64,000 bases of DNA from an uncultured Croceitalea sp. (GCA_937926215.1 CALEYA010000025.1:5451-69450), one strand, 5' to 3'. Counted from the stretch's first letter, positions 50,168 through 63,128 are shown. Notes: generated from the letters alone by a model not told the origin. Translations and numbers: made by a program.

Positions 50168-52591
50168 ATGAAGATATCGTACAACTGGTTAAAGCAATTT
50201 TTGCAACTGGATTGGGAAGCCCAAAGAACAGGGGAACTGCTAACGGATTTAGGTCTTGAAATCGAAGGGATTGAAGACTATGAGTCCGTAAAAGGAGGGC
50301 TCCAGGGTATTGTGGTGGGCAAAGTGCTTAGCTGTGAAAAGCATCCCAATGCAGACCGTTTAAAAGTGACCACAGTGGATATTGGTTCTGAAAACCCTGT
50401 CCAAATCGTTTGCGGTGCTCCCAATGTGGCCAAGGGACAGACCGTACCGGTTGCCACTATTGGCACTACCTTGTACACCAAGGAAGGTGAAGCTTGGAAA
50501 ATTAAGAAAGGAAAAATCCGTGGCGAAGAAAGCCATGGGATGATATGTGCTGAAGATGAACTTGGTTTGGGCGATGACCACGACGGCATTCTAGTTTTGG
50601 ACGATGCTTTAAAAGCGGGGACATCTTGCGCTACTGTATTCAATATTGAGCATGATCAGGTGTTTGAAATTGGGCTTACCCCCAACCGCTCGGATGCCAT
50701 GAGCCATTTTGGTGTAGCACGGGACCTTAAGGCCGGATTGGAGCAACAAGAAGTTTCCTTGGAACTCATAACCCCTTCAACCAGTAATTTTTCAATAGAC
50801 AACAGGTCCTTAAAAGTGGACGTGGACGTGATAGAGAATACGCTTGCACCACGCTATTGTGGGGTGACCATAAGCGGTATCCTAGTTCAGGATTCCCCAG
50901 AATGGCTAAAAAACAGGTTAAGTTCCATAGGATTATCCCCTATTAATAATGTAGTGGATATAACCAACTACGTATTGCACGAATTGGGGCAACCCTTGCA
51001 TGCCTTTGACGCGGCCAAGATTAGAGGCAATAAGGTGGTAGTACAAACCTTAAAGAAAGGAACAAAATTCACCACTTTGGATGGCGTGGAAAGGGAATTG
51101 CACGAAGACGACCTTATGATATGCGATAGCGACAAACCCATGTGTATTGCCGGGGTTTTTGGCGGGTTGCATTCCGGCGTAAGTGAACAAACCACCTCCA
51201 TCTTTTTGGAAAGTGCGTATTTTGACCCCATTTCCATTAGAAAGACGGCCAAACGCCATGGTTTGAATACGGATGCATCCTTCCGTTTTGAACGCGGCAT
51301 CGATATTAATACGACGGAATATGCCCTTAAACGCGCCGCGCAGCTGATTAAGGAGATAGCCGGTGGCGAAATCACCTCCGATATCGTCGACCTGTATCCC
51401 AATAAGAAAGAAGATTTTCAGGTGTTCTTGACATTTGATAAAATCAATAAACTTATCGGTCAAGAAATTCCACATGATTCCATAAAATCCATTTTAGCCT
51501 CCTTGGATATCAAACTGAATAATGTAACGGAAACGGGTTTGGGACTTACCATTCCCTCCTACCGCACGGATGTGCAGCGCGAGGTAGATGTTATTGAGGA
51601 AATCCTTAGGGTATACGGATATAACAAAATTGCGTTCAACGAAAAATTTACGGCTTCGGTTGCCAGTACCTCCAAATACGAGAACCACAGGGTACAGAAC
51701 GTCATTGGAAACCAATTGGCATCCCTGGGCTTTTTTGAAATTCTTACCAATAGTTTGGTCCCGGCCGAACAGAATGAACTATTTCAAGAAACAGCGGGTA
51801 CTAAAGTGGCCATGCTCAACCCGCTTAGCAAAGACTTGTCCGTATTACGGCAATCAATGTTGTTTTCCGGCTTGGAGACCATCGTTCACAACCAAAACAG
51901 AAAGCAACAAGATTTAAAGCTTTATGAATTTGGAAAAACATACCATAAAACCGACGAAACGTATGTAGAGCAATCACATCTTTCCATACTGGTAACGGGT
52001 AATCTGCATGCCGATAGTTGGAGTACACCCAACAAACCATCCGATTTCTTTTATATTAAAGGCATTGCCCAAAGCCTATTCTTAAAACTGGGGCTTTCCA
52101 ATATTACCGAAAAGCCTTTGGAAGATGCATTATATGCGGAAGGTGTCTCTTTACATTACAAAAAGACGGACATAGGAAAGATTGGGGTAATCGCGAAAAC
52201 CCTACGGAAACAGTTTGATGTTAAAAACGATGTGTACTACGTGGATATCAACTGGGACAATGTATTAAAACTTGTTTCCCAAAAAGACATTGTATACCAA
52301 GAAATACCCAAATTCCCTGAAGTTCAGCGGGATTTAGCCCTGTTATTGGATGAAAAGGTGAGCTTTAAAGAAATTCATGACCTCGCGTTCCAAGCAGAAC
52401 GAAATTTATTGACCAAAGTGAATCTTTTTGATGTTTATACAGGGAAAAGCCTGCCCGATGGCAAAAAGTCCTATGCGATCAACTTTACCTTACTTGATGG
52501 GAGCAAGACCTTGACGGACAAACAGATTGACCGCATTATGGGTAAGTTACAGCAAACGTATCAAGATAAACTGGGCGCAACCCTACGATAA
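50168..52591 (+). CDS. pheT: Phenylalanyl-tRNA synthetase beta subunit
   Basis: HPNADRL, VCGAPNV, TPNRSD, RFERG, C-terminal FDX-ACB domain. Confidence 0.98.
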   Translation: MKISYNWLKQFLQLDWEAQRTGELLTDLGLEIEGIEDYESVKGGLQGIVVGKVLSCEKHPNADRLKVTTVDIGSENPVQIVCGAPNVAKGQTVPVATIGTTLYTKEGEAWKIKKGKIRGEESHGMICAEDELGLGDDHDGILVLDDALKAGTSCATVFNIEHDQVFEIGLTPNRSDAMSHFGVARDLKAGLEQQEVSLELITPSTSNFSIDNRSLKVDVDVIENTLAPRYCGVTISGILVQDSPEWLKNRLSSIGLSPINNVVDITNYVLHELGQPLHAFDAAKIRGNKVVVQTLKKGTKFTTLDGVERELHEDDLMICDSDKPMCIAGVFGGLHSGVSEQTTSIFLESAYFDPISIRKTAKRHGLNTDASFRFERGIDINTTEYALKRAAQLIKEIAGGEITSDIVDLYPNKKEDFQVFLTFDKINKLIGQEIPHDSIKSILASLDIKLNNVTETGLGLTIPSYRTDVQREVDVIEEILRVYGYNKIAFNEKFTASVASTSKYENHRVQNVIGNQLASLGFFEILTNSLVPAEQNELFQETAGTKVAMLNPLSKDLSVLRQSMLFSGLETIVHNQNRKQQDLKLYEFGKTYHKTDETYVEQSHLSILVTGNLHADSWSTPNKPSDFFYIKGIAQSLFLKLGLSNITEKPLEDALYAEGVSLHYKKTDIGKIGVIAKTLRKQFDVKNDVYYVDINWDNVLKLVSQKDIVYQEIPKFPEVQRDLALLLDEKVSFKEIHDLAFQAERNLLTKVNLFDVYTGKSLPDGKKSYAINFTLLDGSKTLTDKQIDRIMGKLQQTYQDKLGATLR

Positions 52592-52597
52592 TAGGTT

Positions 52598-53164
52598 TTA
52601 CATGCGAGCAGGAAGGATAACGGTATCAATTTCGTGAATAACACCGTTTTTCTGATTGGCGTCGGCAACGGTAATTTTAGCCGAGTTACCTAAACTATCC
52701 GTTAGTATAATATCCGTACCCTTCATCGTAGCCGTAAACTTGGTTCCTTCTATTGTGGTAAACTTGGCGGAACCAGAACCTTTGCACATGGCAATCAGCA
52801 TTTTTGATGCAGATAAATTTCCTGCAACAATATGATAGCTCAATAAGGCTTTTAATTTTGCTTTGTTCTCCACTTGGAACAAGTTTTTTAATTCTTGTTC
52901 ATCAAATTTGGAAAAAGCGTTGTCCGAAGGTGCAAAGAATGTAAATGGACCATTTTGGCCCAAGACATTTTCTAAATCCGTTGCCTGAACGGCCGCCAAA
53001 AGTATTTTATGGTTTTCCGAAGCTACCGTACTCTCCATAATGGTTTTCTCCTTGGAAAAATATAAGGTCGGGGAAATGGTACTTAAAGATGAAGTCTGCG
53101 CCGAACTGCTAAAGATAAAAAACAACAGCATGGTGAATAGAGGTAACAATTTGGGGGTTTTCAT
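52598..53164 (-). CDS. Secreted fasciclin (FAS1) domain protein
   Basis: FTFFAPSDNAF, LLSYHIV, NGVIHEIDTVILP; start refined to MKTPK. Confidence 0.9.
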   Translation of the reverse strand: MKTPKLLPLFTMLLFFIFSSSAQTSSLSTISPTLYFSKEKTIMESTVASENHKILLAAVQATDLENVLGQNGPFTFFAPSDNAFSKFDEQELKNLFQVENKAKLKALLSYHIVAGNLSASKMLIAMCKGSGSAKFTTIEGTKFTATMKGTDIILTDSLGNSAKITVADANQKNGVIHEIDTVILPARM

Positions 53165-53351
53165 CAGTGTTTGTAAGAGTTTGTTTATATACGTGTTCGA
53201 TATTGCAAAAAATCGGTGAAATACCAGAATAATCGGTAAGTTAACACAATCAGTCAATACAAAGGATTACGACCTATGTATTTCATAGAAATTAACAAAT
53301 ATTTAACAAATACGTTTTTTCATCCTTTTTTAAAAGGAAGGAACATTTGAC

Positions 53352-53359
53352 TAACTTTG
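53352..53359 (+). promoter_or_regulatory. -7 box (TAACTTTG)
   Basis: TAnnTTTG upstream of 53385. Confidence 0.55.
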
Positions 53360-53384
53360 AGACAATTGCTAAAGAAAAAGGAAT

Positions 53385-55741
<2,357 letters not shown>

Positions 55742-55866
55742 TTAATTTTTTGCAAAAATAATCAAATTTAACCCTGTTGGCAACTAACTAAGGCTCCTAC
55801 AAAACGTGGGGACAACCTTTAACAACATTTAACTAGCTATTAACAGCGCAGGCCTCCGTTGATGCT

Positions 55867-55874
55867 TAGCTTTG
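55867..55874 (+). promoter_or_regulatory. -7 box (TAGCTTTG)
   Basis: TAnnTTTG overlapping the tracked TTG start, which supports the ATG at 55893. Confidence 0.55.
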
Positions 55875-55892
55875 TTTTTACCAAACAGTTCT

Positions 55893-57311
55893 ATGAATAG
55901 AATTTTACTTTTTATTTCTATTTGCGCCCTTACATCTTGCGGGGATAAAAAAGATGTCAAGGACACCGTTTACTTTGGCGGTGAAATTGTCAATCCTACA
56001 AGTGATTATGTTGTTTTGTTCAAAAACGATAATGTTGTTGATTCTGCCAAAATAGGCGAAGACAATAGGTTTAAATTTCGTTTGAAGAATGTTGATGAAG
56101 GCCTACACCACTTTGACCATGCCCCGGAACTACAATACGTATATCTTGAAAAAGGGGATAGCATTATCGTCCGTTTAAATACGGTTGCCTTTGATGAATC
56201 CTTGGTGTTTTCCGGTTCCAACGAACAGGTCAACAACTTTATGGTGGAAATGTTCTTGAATTATGAGGATGAAGAGCGTTTGGTCAATTCCTTTTACAAG
56301 TTTCCTCCTCCGGAGTTCAGTACTAAAATTGATTCTTTACGAAATCAGAAAATAGCGGAATTGGAAAGCCTTATCATAGGGGAGGATTTATCAGAGAACG
56401 CTTTTGCGATGGCAAAGGCTTCCATAGATTACAACAGCTTTCTCTACAAAGAAAAATATCCGTTTTTCCACAAAAAGAAAACGAGTGAAGAAAACCTTCA
56501 CGAATTAAAGGTAGGCTTCTATGATTATAGAAAGAACTTGGACTTTAATAACAAGAGCCTTACCTATTTTAGACCTTACTATGATTTTATGCTGCATCAT
56601 TTTGGCAACTTGTCGTACATGACTTGTGCAGAAAATTGTGGTATGGAAAAACATTTGGACAAAAAGAACCATCTGCACTTAAATAGGCACAAAATGGTGC
56701 TTATTGATAGTGTTGTCAACGAAAGGGAACTAAAAAACAATCTTTTTAGGAATGTTGCTATGGACTATCTGTTAAAGGTACATGAAGCCAGCCCAGAGTC
56801 TTCCAAGTTTATTACTGAATTTGAACAGTACTCTACCAACGAAAAGCACAAAGAAGAGATTGCCGGACTTTATAAAGGGATTAAGAATCTTCAGAAGAAT
56901 AATGCCATTCCAAAAATCCATGTAGAAGACACGGAAGGGAATACCTCAAGTTTGGAGCAAATTGCAAAACGCAATCCTAATACTGTTTTCTATTTTTGGA
57001 CCGCCACCCAAAAAAGACATTTTAAAAATGTACGGAAACACGTGGCACGCTTAAAGGAAACATACCCTACCTATTCTTTTGTCGGTATCAATCTAAGGAC
57101 CTCTGAACAGCAGTGGCTGGGATTGGTAGAGGAACACGGTTTGGATATCGAAAGACAATTTCGCAGTGTAGATTTTAATGAGTTACAACAAACCTTGCTC
57201 ATTGACAACCTCAATAAATGCCTAGTAACCAAGGACACCTTAATTGTTGATGCTTTTGGACACTTGTACCAAAACTTTGGAAGCTACAAAAAAGCCCTCG
57301 CTATTAAATAA
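55893..57311 (+). CDS. Lipoprotein with C-terminal TlpA-like thioredoxin fold lacking CxxC
   Basis: Lipobox LTSC; FYFWTATQKRH at the WxxWCxxC position; FVGINL. Confidence 0.7.
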   Translation: MNRILLFISICALTSCGDKKDVKDTVYFGGEIVNPTSDYVVLFKNDNVVDSAKIGEDNRFKFRLKNVDEGLHHFDHAPELQYVYLEKGDSIIVRLNTVAFDESLVFSGSNEQVNNFMVEMFLNYEDEERLVNSFYKFPPPEFSTKIDSLRNQKIAELESLIIGEDLSENAFAMAKASIDYNSFLYKEKYPFFHKKKTSEENLHELKVGFYDYRKNLDFNNKSLTYFRPYYDFMLHHFGNLSYMTCAENCGMEKHLDKKNHLHLNRHKMVLIDSVVNERELKNNLFRNVAMDYLLKVHEASPESSKFITEFEQYSTNEKHKEEIAGLYKGIKNLQKNNAIPKIHVEDTEGNTSSLEQIAKRNPNTVFYFWTATQKRHFKNVRKHVARLKETYPTYSFVGINLRTSEQQWLGLVEEHGLDIERQFRSVDFNELQQTLLIDNLNKCLVTKDTLIVDAFGHLYQNFGSYKKALAIK

Positions 57312-57406
57312 CGAAGGCTTCATCTATTATCCTATCTAAACTTTATGTGATAATCAAAGGGTACACTCTTGCCCGTAGTCTCGTAAGTTTCCCTGAGCTT
57401 GTTTTA

Positions 57407-58063
57407 TTAGGAATTCCCTTTGTTGTAATCCGCCAGAAACTTCTCCAAACCAATATCGGTCAATGGATGTCTTAACAATCCATCTATAGAAGATAATGGT
57501 CCCGTCATAACATCCGCACCTAATTTTGCGCAGTCTATAACATGCATGGTATGCCTAATGGATGCCGCCAAAATTTGTGTGTTAAACCCGTAATTATCAT
57601 AGATAAGACGGATTTCCGCAATAAGATTGAGTCCGTCCGTAGAAATATCGTCCAAACGCCCTAAAAAAGGCGATACATACGTTGCTCCTGCCTTAGCGGC
57701 CAACAAAGCTTGTCCCGGGCTAAAGACCAAGGTACAATTGGTGCGTATGCCCTTGTCCGAGAAATATTTTAGTGCCTTTACCCCTTCTTTGATCATAGGT
57801 ACTTTTACAACGATCTGATCATGTAGTTTGGCGAGTGCCTCCCCTTCCCTAACCATACCATCGAAATCCGTAGAAACTACTTCTGCAGAGACATCACCGT
57901 CTACAATTTCACAGATATCCACGTAATGTTTCAAAATGTTCTTCTCGCCTGTTATGCCTTCTTTGGCCATTAAGGACGGATTGGTGGTTACCCCATCCAA
58001 AACCCCAAGGTCTTGGGCTTCCCTGATCTGATCTAGGTTTGCAGTATCTATAAAAAACTTCAT
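57407..58063 (-). CDS. tal: Transaldolase / fructose-6-phosphate aldolase family
   Basis: [38 protein letters not shown]. Confidence 0.95.
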   Translation of the reverse strand: MKFFIDTANLDQIREAQDLGVLDGVTTNPSLMAKEGITGEKNILKHYVDICEIVDGDVSAEVVSTDFDGMVREGEALAKLHDQIVVKVPMIKEGVKALKYFSDKGIRTNCTLVFSPGQALLAAKAGATYVSPFLGRLDDISTDGLNLIAEIRLIYDNYGFNTQILAASIRHTMHVIDCAKLGADVMTGPLSSIDGLLRHPLTDIGLEKFLADYNKGNS

Positions 58064-58106
58064 AAGGAAATTATTGTTTAAAATGAATAACTAAAGTGCC
58101 GTAAAA

Positions 58107-58913
58107 CTACAATTTATAATGGTTCAATAACAGCTTCTCAAATATTTTGTCCGGCAAGAACCGTTTTAATGTGATGGACAGTTTTTGCATAAAACCCCCT
58201 ACCGCATAGTGTACTTTGGGTCTTCGTTTTTGCAAAATAGTATACACCATTTCCGCCACCAAAATAGGGTCGGAAGCATGATCCACATCATCATTGATTT
58301 TTTGTAAGGTATCTTGATAGGCTTTATACGGAGAACTTTCCACCGCTGGAACATGGTACCTGCCCGATGCAATATTGGTCGCAAAATCCCCAGGGGCCAA
58401 ATTGGTTACGGTTATCCCAAAACCCTTGATTTCCATTCTAAGGGCTTCCATTGCAATTTCCAATGCGCCTTTGGTTGCGGAATACACCCCTCTGTAGGGT
58501 AATCCCATAAATCCAGCAATAGAGGTGATATTTAGGATAAACCCATTTCCCTGCTTACGCATTTGGGGGATAACCTGCTGCGCCACGCGCATTGGACCAT
58601 AAAGATTGGTCTCAAAGGCATTATGCATTTCGGTGATTGGGGTTTCTTCCAAGGGTCCGGTAATACCTACTCCGGCATTGTTGATCAAAACATCCAAACG
58701 GCCGGCTTTTTCTATAATATAGGAAACGGCGTTCTTGATGGTGCCTTCATGGGCCACGTCCAGTTCCAAAAGTTCAAAGGTTTCTGGTTGGTCATGGTTT
58801 TTTAAGTTTCTGGTCGTACCAAAAACGCGATATCCTTTTGCGCTTAAAAACGTACAAATGGACCTCCCAATACCAGAAGATCCCCCAGTAACCAAAACTA
58901 CTTTAGTGTCCAT
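58107..58913 (-). CDS. SDR oxidoreductase
   Basis: TGGSSGIG, NNAG, YSATK. Confidence 0.92.
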   Translation of the reverse strand: MDTKVVLVTGGSSGIGRSICTFLSAKGYRVFGTTRNLKNHDQPETFELLELDVAHEGTIKNAVSYIIEKAGRLDVLINNAGVGITGPLEETPITEMHNAFETNLYGPMRVAQQVIPQMRKQGNGFILNITSIAGFMGLPYRGVYSATKGALEIAMEALRMEIKGFGITVTNLAPGDFATNIASGRYHVPAVESSPYKAYQDTLQKINDDVDHASDPILVAEMVYTILQKRRPKVHYAVGGFMQKLSITLKRFLPDKIFEKLLLNHYKL

Positions 58914-58977
58914 TGGGCAAAGAAAAGAATTAATGGATAATTGTCATGCCTTTGCTTCACTTTAAGGCACAAAAAAA

Positions 58978-59071
58978 GGCAAGCTACCTACATCGCACCG
59001 CTACGACTACATACCCTTGCTGCGTTCCCGCCCTGGGGGATTTTGCAGGAGCTGGTCGTGTAGGACTTGCC
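58978..59071 (-). ncRNA. ffs: Signal recognition particle RNA (4.5S)
   Basis: Ends pair (GGCAAG/CTTGCC) followed by a U tract; domain IV CAGG-GCG-GGAA-CGC-AGCA; -7 box TATATTTG at 59077-59084. Confidence 0.92.
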
Positions 59072-59152
59072 AGTGGCAAATATACAATGTTTTAAATTTG
59101 TTGCAATCGACATACATGCTTAATTTGGTCTTTTATTACGTTAACGATTTAT

Positions 59153-60214
59153 ATGAAACCCATGAAGCTTTTTTCGCTGTTGATCAGCATTATTATATTA
59201 AATGCCTGTGGTGGGCCCAAGGAACCATCAGAACTCTTTGAAATACAGTTGGAAGGCAAGCAAGAAAAATTCCAACTGGGGCAGACCGTTGGTGTGGCCT
59301 TAAAAAATAAGGAAGGCGTTACCATAGGCGGGGTTACCTATACTATTGATGGTAAGGAATTATCCAAATCCGACGGGAAAATCATTATGGAAGCCGAAAA
59401 ATTGGGTGCTAAAAAATTAGTGGCCCAAATTGATATGGAGGGTAAGACCGTTTCCGTTTCAAAAAACATCAAGTTGCTCTCCAATGCCTCTCCGGAAGTG
59501 TACACCTATGAGGTGCTAGCTACTTATCCGCACGACCCATCGGCCTATACCCAAGGATTGGAGTTCCATAAGGACGTCCTTTATGAAAGTACGGGTAAAA
59601 AAGGGAAATCAACATTGCGTAAAATTGAGTATACCACAGGGGATATCCTAGAAAAAATCGATTTGGACAATACCGTTTTTGGCGAAGGGCTTACCATTAT
59701 GAACGATAAGATCTACCAACTCACTTGGCAAAGCGGTATTGGCTATGTGTACGATTTGGAAAGTTTTGAAAAGACGGACACCTTTACCTATGGAAAAAGT
59801 AAAGAGGGCTGGGGACTTTGCAACAACGGAACCCATATTTATAAAAGTGACGGTACGGAAAGAATTTGGTTTCTGGACCCAGAAACTTTGGTAGAGACCG
59901 GATATATTGAAATTGTGACCAACAAATCCATATTCAACAGGGCCAATGAACTGGAATATGTTGATGGCAAACTGTATGCCAACGTATATGGAAAGGAAAG
60001 TATGATGATCATTGATGCGCGATCCGGAGCCATAGAAGGAGTCATCAATTTTGGGGGACTTAAAAAGAAAATTGAAAAGAGTGCGGATTGGGACGAACAG
60101 AATTCCGTGCTTAACGGGGTCGCCTATCATCCAGGGCGAAAAACCTTTTTTGTTACCGGTAAAAATTGGGATAAACTATTTGAGGTAAAGCTCCTTAAAA
60201 AAAGTAATGAATAG
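59153..60214 (+). CDS. Glutaminyl-peptide cyclotransferase lipoprotein (type I beta-propeller)
   Basis: Lipobox LNAC; YTQGLEF, LYESTG, FGEGLT, EGWGL, NELEY, LNGVAY. Confidence 0.92.
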   Translation: MKPMKLFSLLISIIILNACGGPKEPSELFEIQLEGKQEKFQLGQTVGVALKNKEGVTIGGVTYTIDGKELSKSDGKIIMEAEKLGAKKLVAQIDMEGKTVSVSKNIKLLSNASPEVYTYEVLATYPHDPSAYTQGLEFHKDVLYESTGKKGKSTLRKIEYTTGDILEKIDLDNTVFGEGLTIMNDKIYQLTWQSGIGYVYDLESFEKTDTFTYGKSKEGWGLCNNGTHIYKSDGTERIWFLDPETLVETGYIEIVTNKSIFNRANELEYVDGKLYANVYGKESMMIIDARSGAIEGVINFGGLKKKIEKSADWDEQNSVLNGVAYHPGRKTFFVTGKNWDKLFEVKLLKKSNE

Positions 60215-60614
60215 TTTTACCCTCACTAAGGTCGTTGCCCCAGAAGATCTGGATGCCTTAAACCACGTCAATAATGTTCGCTATTTGCAATGGATCCAGG
60301 AAGTTTCTGAGGGGCATTGGATGCGAAATGCTTCCGTGGCACAACAGGAAGTTTACATCTGGGTGGTACGCAAACATGAAATCACCTATTATGATGCCGC
60401 TAAACTAGGTGAAGAACTTCGCTTGGAAACCCATATCGCGGCCAGCAAAGGTCCAATATCCGTGAGAAAGGTGACCATTAAGAACAATAAAACGAACGCC
60501 TTATTGGTTAGTGCTACTACGGACTGGTGTTTGGTTTCCCCAAAGACGATGAAACCAGCACGGATACCGGAAGAAATTAAACTTCTATTCAATAGTAGTG
60601 AAACTACAACATAA
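60207..60614 (+). CDS. Acyl-CoA thioesterase (4HBT / hotdog fold)
   Basis: DLDALNHVNNVRYLQW. Confidence 0.9.
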   Translation: MNSFTLTKVVAPEDLDALNHVNNVRYLQWIQEVSEGHWMRNASVAQQEVYIWVVRKHEITYYDAAKLGEELRLETHIAASKGPISVRKVTIKNNKTNALLVSATTDWCLVSPKTMKPARIPEEIKLLFNSSETTT

Positions 60615-62157
60615 GACATATCTTTTACTAGGCACGCTCTTACTGCTTACGATAATAAGTTCGTGCAGGAAGGATTTTGATTTTACCGTAAGTTCCGGAG
60701 ATTTACTTTTTTCCAAGGATACCGTGTTTTTGGATACCGTTTTCGCCAATATTGGTAGCAGCACGTATACACTTAAGGTATACAACCAAGAGAATGAGGA
60801 TGTTTTGATTCCGCAAATAGCTTTGGCCAAAGGACTGGAAAGTAATTATAGGCTAAACGTGGACGGTTTGGCAGGGAAGCAGTTTACGGACATACCCCTA
60901 CTGGCCAGGGATAGCCTTTTTATTTTTGTTGAGACTACTGCGGGTGTGGAGGCAACCGCCGAAATTGAATTCTTGGATACGGATGCCATTCTTTTTGAAA
61001 CGCCCAATACTACAAGAAGAGTAGAACTGGTCACCTTGGTCAAGGACGCTATTTTTCTATATCCCGAGACATTGGACGATGGCATGCAAGAAACCTTAGT
61101 GCTTATAGGAGCAGACATGGAGGAAACGGTAGAAATATCCGGTTTTGTATTGGAAGACGATGAATTGGTCTTTACCAATGAAAAACCCTATGTCATTTAT
61201 GGCTACGCGGCCGTACCGGATGGAAAAACACTTACTATACAGGCGGGAACCCGGGTTCACTTTCATAATAATTCCGGTATTCTAGTAGCTCCCGGAGGTA
61301 GTTTACAGATCAATGGCGAACTAAGTGCGGACAGTGAAGTTTTAGAGAACGAGGTGATTTTTGAAGGGGACCGCTTAGAACCGGAATTCGCAAGTGTCCC
61401 GGGACAGTGGGGAACCATTTGGCTCACTACTGGAAGTATGGCCACTATGAATCATTTGACCCTTAAAAATGCGTCCGTAGGCCTGTTGGTGGATGGCTCG
61501 CCCGAAGCTAACGCTACACCAAACCTTAGCTTGCGAAATAGTCAGTTATACAACGCCTCCATTACCAATCTTTGGGGCAGAACGGCCAACATTGTAGCGG
61601 AAAATTCCGTTTTTGGAAATTCCGGTTCCGTATCCCTCTATTGCAATTTAGGGGGGGATTATGACTTTAAGCACTGTACCATTGCCAACTATTGGAGTTC
61701 CGGTTTTAGGAACGCCCCTAGCCTATTGATCGACAATTTTGAAAATTTAGCGGACGGTGGCAGTATAGGCGGAGATCTTAACAATGCAAGTTTTGCCAAT
61801 TGTATAATTGATGGCAATAGGGAGGTTGAATTTGTTTTGAACTCGGATACCGTAAATACATTTCAATTTAACTTTCAAAGCTGCTCCATTAAGTTCAATG
61901 ATCGGAATGGTGATTTTACCAACAATCCTTTATTTGATTTTGACAACAATCCCAATTACCAAGGAACTGTCCTAAACCCCAATACAGCCTTTACCAATAC
62001 TGCCGAAAACCTATTCTCCCTGCAAATGGAATCTGAAGTTATAGGTGTGGGCGATCCCGCTATTAGCGCTCAAGTCCCTTTGGATATTTTGGGCGTAGAA
62101 AGAACCGAAAATCCAGACTTAGGGGCCTTTCAATTCGTTTTGCCCGATATTCAATAG
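60598..62157 (+). CDS. Lipoprotein with Ig-like N-domain and right-handed beta-helix
   Basis: Lipobox ISSC; FSKDTVFLDTVF; LTIQAGTRVHF, FEGDRLE, GQWG; PDLGAFQ ending. Confidence 0.7.
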   Translation: MKLQHKTYLLLGTLLLLTIISSCRKDFDFTVSSGDLLFSKDTVFLDTVFANIGSSTYTLKVYNQENEDVLIPQIALAKGLESNYRLNVDGLAGKQFTDIPLLARDSLFIFVETTAGVEATAEIEFLDTDAILFETPNTTRRVELVTLVKDAIFLYPETLDDGMQETLVLIGADMEETVEISGFVLEDDELVFTNEKPYVIYGYAAVPDGKTLTIQAGTRVHFHNNSGILVAPGGSLQINGELSADSEVLENEVIFEGDRLEPEFASVPGQWGTIWLTTGSMATMNHLTLKNASVGLLVDGSPEANATPNLSLRNSQLYNASITNLWGRTANIVAENSVFGNSGSVSLYCNLGGDYDFKHCTIANYWSSGFRNAPSLLIDNFENLADGGSIGGDLNNASFANCIIDGNREVEFVLNSDTVNTFQFNFQSCSIKFNDRNGDFTNNPLFDFDNNPNYQGTVLNPNTAFTNTAENLFSLQMESEVIGVGDPAISAQVPLDILGVERTENPDLGAFQFVLPDIQ

Positions 62158-62255
62158 AAAAACAGCTCATTTTGCATGAAAACCATAGTTTTTTTGTGGG
62201 AAAACTACAATGACTTTTCTTTTCGCATTTGTAATTTGGTAGTAAGCTGTGGATT

Positions 62256-62987
62256 ATGGAATACTCTTACTTAGTTATCGATCAAAATGATAGCAACAAG
62301 GTCAAGCTCAGTAATACATTGGATGACTTTAATGCTTTACACCATTTAGGAACTGCAAAGGACTGTGATGAAGGTTTTAACCTTATCCTAAAGGTAGTGC
62401 CAGATGTAGTGCTCATCAATTTGGATGAGCATTCGGAAGCTTCTTTTCAAATTGCCTGCCAACTTCATCAATACCTTCAACAAATGCCCCTGTTTATTGG
62501 CATGGCAAAATCCCAAAACTATGCTTATAACGCTATAAAAAACGGCTTTTTTGATTATTGGTTACTGCCTACCAATGAGTTTGAAGTACGCAAAACATTG
62601 CTGAAATTGCAAAAAATCAAACCCAAAACGGATGGCCCTACCAAAATTTGCTTAAAAACGTATAGGGACTACCACTATATAGACACCAATGAAATCCTGT
62701 ATTTAAAGGCAGATAATAATGCTACCGACTTTATTCTGCGAAACGGTACCACCATCAGTGCATTTAAAACCTTAAAATCTTTTGAAACTACCCTACCTAA
62801 GAATTTTATCCGCATACACCAAAGCTACATTCTCAACGTAAAATACATTTCCAGAATTAACTACGGTCGCTCTACTTGCGCCTTAAAAAACGTGAGCAAT
62901 CAATTGCCTTTTTCAAAATCGTATCGCGATCGAATCGATGAATTAAAACGGCTACTTTCTAAAAATGCTATTGATACCTTAAAATAA
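62256..62987 (+). CDS. LytTR-family regulator with pseudo-receiver domain
   Basis: ILYLKADNNATDF, FIRIHQSYILN LytTR domain; receiver has D-to-N and K-to-L changes. Confidence 0.9.
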   Translation: MEYSYLVIDQNDSNKVKLSNTLDDFNALHHLGTAKDCDEGFNLILKVVPDVVLINLDEHSEASFQIACQLHQYLQQMPLFIGMAKSQNYAYNAIKNGFFDYWLLPTNEFEVRKTLLKLQKIKPKTDGPTKICLKTYRDYHYIDTNEILYLKADNNATDFILRNGTTISAFKTLKSFETTLPKNFIRIHQSYILNVKYISRINYGRSTCALKNVSNQLPFSKSYRDRIDELKRLLSKNAIDTLK

Positions 62988-63128
62988 AGATTCACTAGCT
63001 ATTCTCTGTCACATACTAAAAAGGTAAGTAAACTTACTACAACATCAGTTTTTGCCTACAAAAAATGATAGGCTGTCTTTACATTGCATTCACAATAAAG
63101 AAAAACTATCAAATTATTAATCCAAAAA

